64,000 bases of DNA from Alphaproteobacteria bacterium (lineage in GTDB: Bacteria > Pseudomonadota > Alphaproteobacteria > JAAXGF01), in the NCBI GenBank assembly GCA_963555825.3, contig CAUVXB020000001.1, positions 1,888,001 to 1,952,000 of the forward strand, written 5' to 3'. Below are positions 20,783 to 30,820 of this stretch, piece by piece. The first letter of the stretch is position 1; each line of letters begins with the position of its first letter. A model generated the notes under the pieces. It was not told where the DNA came from, ran no database searches, and saw nothing but the letters and a program-made list of their open reading frames with translations. The position numbers and the translations under genes are program-made.

Positions 20783-22030
20783 ATGGACCGCATGTTCCCC
20801 GAGACCGGCCGCGACTGGGACGCACTCGAGCACGAGATGATCGAGGCGAGCCGCGACGACCTGCCGTGGCGCACCGGACGGACCCACAAGACGGCCTTCC
20901 ACGCGAGCGACGATGTGCTCGAGGTCGTCGAGAAGGCGTATACAAAATATCTAGGTGACAACGCGCTTTACACGGCGTTCTTCAAGAGTCTCTGGAAGTT
21001 CGAGAAGGAGATTCTCGGGATGACCGCCGAGATGCTCAACGGCGACGCGGCGACCGCCGGTATCACCACCGCGGGCGGCACTGAAAGCAACCTGATCGCG
21101 GTCAAGGCGGCGCGCGATTACGCCCGAACCCACCGGCCCCTGGCGAGGGCGCCCGAGATCCTGTGCGCGCGCACCGCGCACCCCTCGTTCAACAAGGCGG
21201 CCGACATTCTGGGCCTCACCGTCGTGCGCGTGCCGCACGGCGCCGACTACCGCGCCGACGTCGCCGCCATGGCCAACGCGGTCACCGACGACACGGTGAT
21301 GATCGTCGGCTCGGCGCCGTGCTGGTCGTTCGGCGTCATCGACCCGATCCCGGCGCTCGCCGAGCTTGCCGCCGGTCACGGCCTGTGGATGCATGTCGAC
21401 GCCTGCGTCGGCGGCTTCATCTCGCCCTGGATCCGACGCCTCGGCTATCCGATCGACGACTTCGATCTCGGCGTCGCCGGTGTCTGGTCGATCTCGGCGG
21501 ACGCCCACAAATACGGCTACGCGGCGAAGAACATCTCGACGCTGAGCTTCCGCAGCGCGGCGTTGCGCGATTTGACCCGCTTCCATTTCGAGGACTGGCC
21601 GTCCGGCGCCTATGCGACCAACACCTTCCTCGGCTCGCGCACCGGCGGCTCGATCGCGGCCGCCTGGGCCGTGATGAACTATCTCGGCACGGCGGGCTAC
21701 GAGAAATTCGCCGGTATCTCGATGGGCGCGGTCGATCGGCTCAAGGCCGGCATCGCCGCCATCGACGGCCTCGCGCTGCGCGGCGATCCGCCGGTCACGC
21801 TGTTCGCCTTCGGCTCGGACACATATGACATCTTCGCCGTCGCCGAGGCGATGGAGCGCCGCGGCTGGATCGTCAACCGCTGCAAGGAACCGCCGTCGAT
21901 CCACGTCATCATCAATCCGGTCCATGCGCCGTTGATCGACGACTACCTCGCCGACCTGGCGGCGAGCGTCGACGCGGTCAGGCGTGGCCACAACCTGGCG
22001 GCCGACTCGCGCGTGTCCTATGCCGAATAG
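20783..22030 (+). CDS. PLP-dependent group II decarboxylase / sphingosine-1-phosphate lyase-like enzyme
   Basis: TAGGTESN, AHPSFNKAA, HVDACVGGF, SISADAHKYG (PLP lysine). Confidence 0.88.
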   Translation: MDRMFPETGRDWDALEHEMIEASRDDLPWRTGRTHKTAFHASDDVLEVVEKAYTKYLGDNALYTAFFKSLWKFEKEILGMTAEMLNGDAATAGITTAGGTESNLIAVKAARDYARTHRPLARAPEILCARTAHPSFNKAADILGLTVVRVPHGADYRADVAAMANAVTDDTVMIVGSAPCWSFGVIDPIPALAELAAGHGLWMHVDACVGGFISPWIRRLGYPIDDFDLGVAGVWSISADAHKYGYAAKNISTLSFRSAALRDLTRFHFEDWPSGAYATNTFLGSRTGGSIAAAWAVMNYLGTAGYEKFAGISMGAVDRLKAGIAAIDGLALRGDPPVTLFAFGSDTYDIFAVAEAMERRGWIVNRCKEPPSIHVIINPVHAPLIDDYLADLAASVDAVRRGHNLAADSRVSYAE

Positions 22031-22184
22031 CCGCCGCCCTCGACGCGCTCGCCGCATGAGCATTGCTAATACCCGGTTCAAGAATTGATCGCTTGCCCGC
22101 CGCTTGCCGATCACCTATCTCCTCAATTGCGGTCTCGGCTATGATCGCGGCCGCGGCCTTCCCGAGTTGTGCCGGAATCGTCTG

Positions 22185-23555
22185 ATGCGCGTCCACGCCA
22201 ACGTCCTCGACATGATCGGCGACACGCCGATGGTCGAGGTGCGCCATCTCGACACTGGCCCCTGCCGGCTGTTCATCAAACTCGAGAGCCAGAACCCGGG
22301 CGGCTCGATCAAGGACCGCATCGGCCTTTCGATGATCGAGGCGGCGGAACGCGACGGTACGCTGAAGGCGGGCGGCACGATCGTCGAGGCGACCGCCGGC
22401 AACACCGGTTTGGGGCTCGCGCTGGTCGCCGCGCAGAAGGGCTATCGCCTGATCATCGTGATGCCCGACAAGATGAGCCAGGAGAAGGTCTTCCATCTCA
22501 AGGCGCTGGGCGCCGAGGTGCTGATGACCCGCTCCGATGTCGGCAAGGGCCACCCCGAATATTATCAGGACTACGCCGAACGCCTGGCCGGTGAAACGCC
22601 GGGCGCATTCTTCGTCAACCAGTTCGCCAACCCGGCCAACCCCGAGGCCCACGAGACAGGCACTGGCCCCGAGATCTGGCAGCAGATGGAGCACGACCTC
22701 GATGCGGTGGTCTGCGGCGTCGGCTCGGGCGGCACGATCACCGGCATCGGCCGTTTCATGGCGCGCGTCGCGCCCCATGTCGAGATGGTGCTGGCCGACC
22801 CGGAAGGCTCGGTGCTCGCCGAGTTCGTCGAGACCGGCAAGGTGCGTGACGAAGTCGGCACGTGGCTGGTCGAGGGCATCGGCGAAGATTTCGTGCCGCC
22901 GGTCAGCGACCTCTCACTGGCGCGCGCCGCGTACACGATCCCCGACACCGAGGCCTTCGCGACGGCGCGCGCGTTGCTCCTCGAGGAAGGCGTGCTGGCG
23001 GGTTCTTCGGCCGGCACCCTGATCGCCGCGGCCTTGCGCTACTGCCGCGATCAGACCGCGCCCAAGCGCGTCGTCACCTTCGTGCCCGACAGCGGCAACA
23101 AGTACCTGTCGAAGATGTACAACGACTACTGGATGATCGACCAGGGCTTCATCGAGCGCGAAAGCTTTGGCGACCTGCGCGACCTGATCACGCGGCGCCA
23201 CGCCGATCATGACGACTACACCGTCAAGCCCGACGACACCTTGTTCGTCGCCTATTCGCGCATGCGGCTCTACGACGTCTCGCAGCTCCCCGTGCTCGAC
23301 GACGAGCGGATCGTCGGCATCGTCGACGAATCCGATATCCTCCTTGCCGTCTACGACCACGAGGACCATTTCACCAATTCGGTGGCGACGGCGATGACCA
23401 GCAAGATCGAGACCGTGTCGCCGTCGACGTCGCTGAAGGATCTGTTGCCGATCTTCGACGCCGGACATGTCGCCATCGTGCACGACGGTGACGACTTCCT
23501 CGGCATCATTACGCGGATCGATCTGCTGAACCACCTGCGGCGGCGGATGAAATAG
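22185..23555 (+). CDS. Cystathionine beta-synthase with C-terminal CBS domains
   Basis: KLESQNPGGSIKDR, EATAGNTG, GSGGTITG, DSGNKYLSK, followed by a CBS pair. Confidence 0.92.
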   Translation: MRVHANVLDMIGDTPMVEVRHLDTGPCRLFIKLESQNPGGSIKDRIGLSMIEAAERDGTLKAGGTIVEATAGNTGLGLALVAAQKGYRLIIVMPDKMSQEKVFHLKALGAEVLMTRSDVGKGHPEYYQDYAERLAGETPGAFFVNQFANPANPEAHETGTGPEIWQQMEHDLDAVVCGVGSGGTITGIGRFMARVAPHVEMVLADPEGSVLAEFVETGKVRDEVGTWLVEGIGEDFVPPVSDLSLARAAYTIPDTEAFATARALLLEEGVLAGSSAGTLIAAALRYCRDQTAPKRVVTFVPDSGNKYLSKMYNDYWMIDQGFIERESFGDLRDLITRRHADHDDYTVKPDDTLFVAYSRMRLYDVSQLPVLDDERIVGIVDESDILLAVYDHEDHFTNSVATAMTSKIETVSPSTSLKDLLPIFDAGHVAIVHDGDDFLGIITRIDLLNHLRRRMK

Positions 23556-23592
23556 TTGCCTTGCCCCGACCGACCAAACCAAGGAGCTGCCC

Positions 23593-24735
<1,143 letters not shown>

Positions 24736-24775
24736 CGGCAGTGCGCCGCTGGCCCGAGACCATGCGCGACGTCCC

Positions 24776-25468
24776 GTGACGCAAGCCGACGTCGATCTAG
24801 CGGCGGTCGAGGCCGCGCTTGGCGATGCCGGCCTATCGTTGCTCGGTACGTTCCACCCCGAACCGGGCGACGGGGTCCCGCCACTCGCCGACGGCCGCCC
24901 GACCGCGACCCTCGCGATCGCGGGCAACGTCGGCGACACGATGTGGCGGATGTTCGAGCGCGACCGCGTCGATGAACCCAATCCGCTCGACGCCTGGAGC
25001 CGCCGCGTGCTCGACCCGGTCGCCGAGCGCCTGGGCGGCCACGCGCTGTTTCCCTTCGGCGGCCCACCCTACCTGCCGTTCCAGCGCTGGGCGCAACGCG
25101 CCGGCCCCTACGCGCCGTCGCCGATCGGGCCGCTGATCCATCCGGACTATGGCCTGTGGCACGCCTTCCGCGGCGCGCTCGCCTTCGCCACGCGGCTGCC
25201 GCTGCCGCCGCCCGACGACCGTGCGAGGCCGTGTGAAACTTGCGTGGACAAGCCCTGCCTCTCGACCTGCCCGGTCGCCGCGATGCAGCCCGAAGGTTAC
25301 GACGTCCCGGCCTGCGTCGAACACATCTCGACGCCTGCCGGCGAGGACTGCGTCGCCCTCTCCTGTCGCGCGCGCCGGGCCTGTCCGATTGGGCGTATAT
25401 ACACCTATTCGCCGAAACAATCACAATTCCACATGGCGGCTTTCCTGCGCGCCGTTCGCGCGGATTGA
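24776..25468 (+). CDS. 4Fe-4S ferredoxin-like protein (QueG/MMACHC-like N-terminal motif)
   Basis: LPFQRWA, SPIGPLIHPDYGLWHAFRGAL, CETCVDKPCLSTCP, CRARRACP. Confidence 0.8.
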   Translation: MTQADVDLAAVEAALGDAGLSLLGTFHPEPGDGVPPLADGRPTATLAIAGNVGDTMWRMFERDRVDEPNPLDAWSRRVLDPVAERLGGHALFPFGGPPYLPFQRWAQRAGPYAPSPIGPLIHPDYGLWHAFRGALAFATRLPLPPPDDRARPCETCVDKPCLSTCPVAAMQPEGYDVPACVEHISTPAGEDCVALSCRARRACPIGRIYTYSPKQSQFHMAAFLRAVRAD

Positions 25469-25720
25469 TTGTATCGAGGGAATGGCCTGGCCGGACGGCT
25501 GGGTCAGTCGGGGGCGACGCCGGTTTCGGCGCGCCGTTCGTTGACCTCGCGGACGATGCGCCGGGTGGTTTCCGGACACATCATGTAATGGCCGTAGGCG
25601 AAGTCGGAGCCGTGCCGGTCGATGGCCCGCGCCATGAACGAGAGCGGCATGTTGCAGACACGCTCGACGGTCGCGTCGACGACCTTGTCGACGGTCGGCG
25701 CGCCGGCGGCGGGACACGGC

Positions 25721-26131
25721 CTATTCGGGTGGCGGCACGGCGGTATCGTCGCCAGCAGGCACCGACGTCGCCGGTCCCTTGATGCGCTCGACGCGCTTGG
25801 CGATGCGCCCGGCCAGCGTGTAGGGCATGTGCTCGACGTGCCGGTCGAGGCAGTCCTGGAACGCCTTGTCGGCCTTGTCCCAATCGCCGATGTCGCCTTC
25901 GGCCATCGCGCCGGCGGCTTCCATGCAGTTCTGCATGTAGACGGCGACCCAAGCGTCGTGCGCGCCGGTCCAGCGCAGCCCGGCGTCGATGTCGCGCTCG
26001 ATGTTGCGGGTCACGCCCTGGCCGGCGACGGTGATCGCCTGGATGCCCAGCGAGGCGAGCGCGCCGCTTGCCGCCTCGCAGCCGCCAAGGGCCAGCGACA
26101 AGAGAAAACACATCGGTATGTAGCGGGGCAT
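25721..26131 (-). CDS. Putative lipoprotein downstream of endolysin-like gene
   Basis: Lipobox LALGGC after a hydrophobic signal. GGAGG RBS upstream. Confidence 0.75.
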   Translation of the reverse strand: MPRYIPMCFLLSLALGGCEAASGALASLGIQAITVAGQGVTRNIERDIDAGLRWTGAHDAWVAVYMQNCMEAAGAMAEGDIGDWDKADKAFQDCLDRHVEHMPYTLAGRIAKRVERIKGPATSVPAGDDTAVPPPE

Positions 26132-26330
26132 GTCTGCCTCCAGTCAGTCGGTGGGTGTTGGTCCCGGCGCCGTAGGCGCGGCCCTCGATGTCGTCATGAA
26201 TATCTCCTTGAGTTCACCGAATGGGTTGGGGGCCGGGCAAGGGCGCGCCCTTCCCCGGCTTCGAACGCCGCGTCGCGGCGTTAGCTTGCGGGGAGGATGC
26301 ATCCTCCCCGCGCCCCACCTTTTCGCGGGG

Positions 26331-26804
26331 TTAGTCTCGGTCCGGATGGAAATGTCGATACGTGTCGATGAAGGCGGCTGCCGTACCGGCGCCTATGGGC
26401 GTGTTGAAGTGGCGTTTCCAATAGCGCGCCAAGCCGCCGAGGTCGCCGGCATCGGGCAACGGCGCGGGCACACGCAGGTAGTGAACGCGCGCGATCGCCG
26501 TTGCATAGGCGAGGTTGGTGATGAGCTGCTCGGGGCGTGTCGGCTCATGGGCCGCGAGCCGCGCCACCCTATCGTTCAGCCGCGCGCGGAATCGCAGGTA
26601 ATTGCGCCAGATGTCGTCGTGCGTCGACGGCTCGATCTGGTAAACGCCGAACGCCGGCCCGCCACCGAGCTGGCGTAGCCAGCGCAGCCCGCCGCTCTCG
26701 TGCAGCGCCGTGCCGACCAGCAGATTCTCGGCCGCCGCCGAGTGAAGACCGAGATGAACCAACACCGGGCGCACCACCTCGACGCGGAATTGTGAGGCAT
26801 CCAT
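26331..26804 (-). CDS. Lysozyme-like/transglycosylase-fold putative endolysin
   Basis: GTALHESGG (catalytic Glu), GPAFGVYQIEP, YWKRHFNT. Confidence 0.75.
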   Translation of the reverse strand: MDASQFRVEVVRPVLVHLGLHSAAAENLLVGTALHESGGLRWLRQLGGGPAFGVYQIEPSTHDDIWRNYLRFRARLNDRVARLAAHEPTRPEQLITNLAYATAIARVHYLRVPAPLPDAGDLGGLARYWKRHFNTPIGAGTAAAFIDTYRHFHPDRD

Positions 26805-26813
26805 TGGCGGTGA

Positions 26814-26967
26814 TCACTCGTCGAGCACGCCGGCGATAACGCCGGTGAACGCCTTGGCCTGCGCGTCGAGCTTGTCCTCGATTCGCTCGAGCCGACGCAC
26901 GACCTCTCGCTCGAACGCCACCTGCGCCGCGAACGGCACATATTTTTCCGCGGCGAAGGCTTTGAAA
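26814..26967 (-). pseudogene. 3' remnant of a small coiled-coil phage protein preceding the endolysin
   Basis: Start-less frame FKAFAAEKYV...RRLERIEDKLD...VLDE* begins at the portal breakpoint. Confidence 0.6.
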
Positions 26968-27516
26968 TGGGTGGAACGACTTGAAGTGCAGGATCGCCGA
27001 GGCGCCGCTGACCTGGTCGACCGGGAAGTCGCGCGTGCGGCCCGCGACGGTGAACCGGTACGCCGACGGGAGCCCTGAGGCGCCCGGCACCACGGTCATG
27101 CGGTCGGGCCTGAGCGCGTAGAGCTCGACCGGCGGCCGGCCGTCGGACGCGACCGCCTCGAGATAGGCATTGCCGGCGATCAGGCGGAAGCCGTAGGCCG
27201 ACTCGAACAGCGACGGGCCGCCCTGCACCGGGTTGGGCCGGTCGAGCAGCGCGAGAAGCGGGTGCGCGGCGATCTCGATGCGCCGCTCGCCGCGCCGCCG
27301 GTGCAACCGCCACGGCACGCTCGCCGCAGCCCGCGCGACCTCGCTGACGCTTTGGAAGGCGACGACGTTCTTGCGGAAGCCCTCGTCGGCGAATTTGTCG
27401 AAGCGGCGCGGCGTCCAGGCGGGCCGGCCGATTTGGTCGAGCGCGATCAGCCGGCGCGCGGCCGAGGCCTTGGCGCTGCGGCCGAACAGCGCCTTCAGGG
27501 CGTGTGTCCAATCCAT
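26968..27516 (-). pseudogene. HK97-type (GTA-like) portal protein, N-terminal ~183 aa only
   Basis: GRPAWTPR..EGFRKNVV..AAASVPW, HPLLALLDRPNP, GNAYLE, LYALRPDRM, ILHFKSFHP, then abrupt loss of homology. Confidence 0.88.
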
Positions 27517-27554
27517 CGGTATCTCCTTGGGTGCTTGAATTACAGGTTGTTGAA

Positions 27555-29075
27555 CTACAGGCGTCGGATCATCGGGCCGGTGCCGCGCCGCGCCGTCGCC
27601 CAGCGCAGGAACTGGCTGGTCATGTCGACCTGGTCGTCGTGGGCGGCGTTGGGGAAGGTCGCCAGCTCGGCCTCGTAATCGGCGAGCCAGGCGGCGTTTT
27701 CGGGCAGGAACAGGCGGCCGGCCTCGATCGCCGGGCTGACCGCGCTCATGCGCGTCAGCTTGTCGGCCTCGGGGCGCTGGGCGATGACCGGCAGGCGCGT
27801 CTCGGCGCGCAGGTCCTGGATCAGCGACTGGCCGCTCGCCTTGTCCTCGATCAGCACGGCGTCGGGCCGCCACTTGGCCGCCAGGCTGATCGCCGCGCGC
27901 TTGAGCGCCGGGTACTCGAGGCGTTGGCGCACGACGTCGATCAGATAGAAGCCGGTCTCGGTCTCGGCCCAGGTGCCGCAGACGCTCGGGTCGTTGATCG
28001 CCGCGGCCTTGTGCGCGGTGTCCCATGATTGGACGATGCGCAAGGGGTTGGCGGGGGCGACACGATAGCGCTTGAACCAGGCCGGCTTGACGATGCCGCC
28101 GTCGAGCGGCGCCGGGCGCTGCTGGTACTGGGCGGCGAAGGCGTAGGCGCCGAGCTCGCGCTTGGCGCGGGCGATCTCGCGCGCGTCCTCGCGCGCCGGG
28201 TGCAGCAGCTCGCCGGGGCGGCGCGTGACGCGCAGACCGCCGAAGTCGATCACCGTCTTGCGTTCGGCCTCGGCGGGCAGGCACAGATGCGTCCAGCCGC
28301 CCTTGGCCAAGAGATGTCCGGTCAGGTCGCGCTCGTGCAGGCGCTGCATGACGACGACGATGACGCCGGCGCGCTTGTCGTTGAGCCGGCTCGCGTAGGT
28401 CTGGTCGAACCAGTCGAGCGCGCCCTCGCGCTGGGTCTCGCTCAGCGCCTGACGCGGATTGTGCGGGTCGTCGACGATCAGCACGTCGGCGCCCTCGCCG
28501 GTCGCCGCGCCGCCGACCGAGGTGGCGATGCGGTGGCCCCTCGCGGTGGTCTGGAACTTGTGCTTCTCGTTCTGGTCGGTGGCGAGGCACAGGCCCGGGA
28601 AGATGCGCCGGTACCAAGGTGCTGTGACCACCAGCCGGCAATCCTGCGCGTGCTTGACGCTGAGTGCGCGCGCGTAGCTCGCCGCCATGATGCGCGCCGC
28701 CGGGTCGTGGCCCAAGAGCCAGGCCGGCCAGGCGACCGAGACACAGATCGACTTCAGGTGGCGGGGCGGCACGTTGACGATGAGCCGCGTGATCTCGCCG
28801 CGCGCGCAGGCCTCGAGGTGCTCGCAGATCAGGCGCACATGCCAGTTCTCCAGGTACGCGGTGGTCGGATCGACGGTGTGGAACGCCTTGGCTGTGAAGC
28901 TCGCGAGGTCCTGGCGCAGCACGGCGTCGAGCAGCACGGCGTCGTCGATCGCGGAACCGTTGACCGGCGCATCGAGCGCGGCGGTGTCGCCGAAGCCGGC
29001 GGGCGCGGTTATATCGCTGATGCTGGCGGGCGCCTGGCGGCCGTTGCCGCGCTTGCGTGGATTAGTGGACGCCAT
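27555..29075 (-). CDS. terL: Phage/GTA terminase large subunit
   Basis: NVPPRHLKS (Walker A variant), LIVDDPH, VMQRLHERDL, QYQQRP, QSWDTA, IEDKASG, FPNAAHDDQVD nuclease motif. Confidence 0.93.
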   Translation of the reverse strand: MASTNPRKRGNGRQAPASISDITAPAGFGDTAALDAPVNGSAIDDAVLLDAVLRQDLASFTAKAFHTVDPTTAYLENWHVRLICEHLEACARGEITRLIVNVPPRHLKSICVSVAWPAWLLGHDPAARIMAASYARALSVKHAQDCRLVVTAPWYRRIFPGLCLATDQNEKHKFQTTARGHRIATSVGGAATGEGADVLIVDDPHNPRQALSETQREGALDWFDQTYASRLNDKRAGVIVVVMQRLHERDLTGHLLAKGGWTHLCLPAEAERKTVIDFGGLRVTRRPGELLHPAREDAREIARAKRELGAYAFAAQYQQRPAPLDGGIVKPAWFKRYRVAPANPLRIVQSWDTAHKAAAINDPSVCGTWAETETGFYLIDVVRQRLEYPALKRAAISLAAKWRPDAVLIEDKASGQSLIQDLRAETRLPVIAQRPEADKLTRMSAVSPAIEAGRLFLPENAAWLADYEAELATFPNAAHDDQVDMTSQFLRWATARRGTGPMIRRL

Positions 29076-29544
29076 AGCGGCGCTTGAAACGGTCGAGGAT
29101 TTCACGGTCTTGCTCGCTGAGTTGGGTGGATGTCGGGTCGTCGGCGCCGGCGAGGCGCCGTTCGATGGTGATGATCTTCTCGCTGATCTGACAGAGCTTG
29201 AGCAGCAACGCGGCCGGGCTCTCGCGCGCGCCGAGTATCTTCCCGCCGTAGGTCCGATGGCCGTCGATCAGGTGTTCGAAGCGCTCGCGCAGCTTGGCGG
29301 CGAGCGCCTTGAGCTGGGCCAGCTCGCCGCCCGGCGAGCCGGCCGGCTTGGCCGTGATCCGCAGCGTCGGGCGATGGGCCGGGCGGCCGCTGGCCCACTT
29401 GTCGCGCAGCGCGCGCCGGTAGATCGTGCTGGAATTTATCCCGTGGCGTTCGGCGATGGCGCGCACCACCTGGCCCTCGAGATAGGCCGCCTCGATCGCC
29501 GGCCAGTCGATCTTGCGTTTCTTGCTCTGCTTGGATCTGGTCAA
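29062..29544 (-). CDS. Putative terminase small subunit
   Basis: N-terminal HTH (DWPAIEAAYLEG..VRAIAERHGI..STIYRRA..KW). Overlaps the terL start. Confidence 0.75.
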   Translation of the reverse strand: MTRSKQSKKRKIDWPAIEAAYLEGQVVRAIAERHGINSSTIYRRALRDKWASGRPAHRPTLRITAKPAGSPGGELAQLKALAAKLRERFEHLIDGHRTYGGKILGARESPAALLLKLCQISEKIITIERRLAGADDPTSTQLSEQDREILDRFKRRYGVH

Positions 29545-29661
29545 TGCTCATGTGTTCTCTCTGGGCGCGCCGCGCCGCCCGCCGCAGCGGGTCGCGCGGC
29601 CGCCGGTTGGGATTATCGTAGGGTTCCGGGCGACGATTGGGGGTCCGGGGGCGAGCCTCCG

Positions 29662-29709
29662 AAAAAGGCCCCGCGCGGCGGATCGCGTCAGCGATTATCG
29701 CCAGGGGCC
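29662..29709 (-). terminator. Intrinsic terminator in the leader of the packaging operon
   Basis: Interrupted stem GGCCCC..GGCG..ATCGC/GCGAT..CGCC..GGGGCC followed by TTTTT on the minus strand. Confidence 0.6.
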
Positions 29710-29756
29710 GGTCATTCGCGTCACGCAGCGAATGCAATTTGTCGATGATGGGATTA

Positions 29757-29786
29757 TTCCTACCATATTCCGTGCAGAATGGTCAA
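29757..29786 (-). promoter_or_regulatory. Putative late promoter
   Basis: TTGACC-N18-TAGGAA on the minus strand, immediately after the DUF6362 stop, in an AT-rich patch. Confidence 0.45.
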
Positions 29787-29794
29787 GCGCGAAG

Positions 29795-30344
29795 TTATTT
29801 CTTTTTTCGTACCGTGCCATTCGGGCCAACGGGCCGGGCCGAACCGTTGAACCGGGCAGCCAGGTGGTGCAGGGCGGCGAGGTGCCAGCTGCGGCAGGTG
29901 TTGGGCGCCTTGCCGACGAAGTACGCGATCTTGCGCCATGAAAAACCATTCGCGCGGCTCCACAGGATGCGCTGGGCCTCGCGCGGCAGCCAGCGCAGCC
30001 AGCCGAGCGTTTCCTCCAGGCGGTCGATGGCGTCGGGCGCGGCGGGCGCCAGCGTCAGGCGGATCTCGCCGTAGCCGTTAGGCCTCGACGCTGTCGAGCA
30101 CGTAATCGGGCCACCGCGTGACGCGCCGGAAGGCGTGCGGCGCCGGCACGCGCTTCAGGGTGTCGACCGCCTCGTCCAACCGCGCCTCGATGTCGGGCAG
30201 CGACCATGGGCGCGCCTCGCGCGGCGCGGCATCGGTGGGTTTGGCCGCCGTGCCGGGCTTGGCCGCCGCGTTGGGCCTGGCGTCGTTCCGCTTGCCGGGC
30301 CGGCCGGAGGCGTGGCCGCCCTCGCGGTGCGCGACGCCTCTCAT
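29795..30344 (-). pseudogene. DUF6362-like (sigma-region-4/Q-like) regulator with a 1-bp insertion
   Basis: IEARLDEAVDTLKRVP...WPDY, then GCC TAA CGG. Removing one A at about 30079 restores YGYGEIR...AIDRLEETLGWLRWL...ILWSRANGFSWRKIA...W..AL, ending at TAA 29795. Confidence 0.8.
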
Positions 30345-30347
30345 CGG

Positions 30348-30716
30348 TCAAACGAGGGCACTGGTATAGGGCCCCTCTTCCAGGCAGACGCTACAAAGCC
30401 GATTGCCGGGATGCTCGCTTGCGAACGTCGCGCCGCAATGCAGGCAGCGGCGGCGCGCGCGGCCGACGCGCCGGGCCACGCCGGCGCGGCGTCGGACGAG
30501 GTCGTGGCCGGCGGCCCGCAGCGTGCGCAGCTTGCCCTCGACGGCAGCGACGCTGACGTCCAGCCGCGTGGCTATTTGGGCGGTGCTGCGGCCGGCGTTC
30601 CAAAGCGCGATCAGCGTTTCGGCGCGGGCGGCGGGCCAGGCCGCCGTCGGGCGGACCGACAGGCCGGCCGCGGCATCATGCTGGGTTGAGTTTGTTTCTG
30701 ATTCGTTCGCGCCCAT
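30348..30716 (-). CDS. GcrA-like N-terminal HTH plus zinc-finger regulator
   Basis: W...RAETLIALWNAGRSTAQIATRLDVSVAAVEGKLRTL (GcrA N-domain pattern) and RRCLHCGATFASEHPGNRLCSVC. Confidence 0.78.
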   Translation of the reverse strand: MGANESETNSTQHDAAAGLSVRPTAAWPAARAETLIALWNAGRSTAQIATRLDVSVAAVEGKLRTLRAAGHDLVRRRAGVARRVGRARRRCLHCGATFASEHPGNRLCSVCLEEGPYTSALV

Positions 30717-30722
30717 GACTCG

Positions 30723-30764
30723 TTTATAGGTGGAACCTTCCCAAGGTGTCAAACGGAAAGTTCC
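30723..30764 (-). promoter_or_regulatory. Sigma70-type promoter overlapped by two GGAA-N2-TTCC operators
   Basis: Minus strand TTGACA (30752-30747)-N18-TATAAA. Palindromes GGAACCTTCC 30732-30741 and GGAAAGTTCC 30755-30764. Confidence 0.7.
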
Positions 30765-30820
30765 TATAATTCGTCGATTCGTCTGGCGTGGCGCGGCGAA
30801 AGATGGGATACTCCACCATC

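Noticed and set aside
26569-28641. 690-aa ORF as a giant portal protein
   Set aside because: Only 27516-26968 is portal. The upstream part is an alternative frame of terL and the downstream part is read-through past the deletion.
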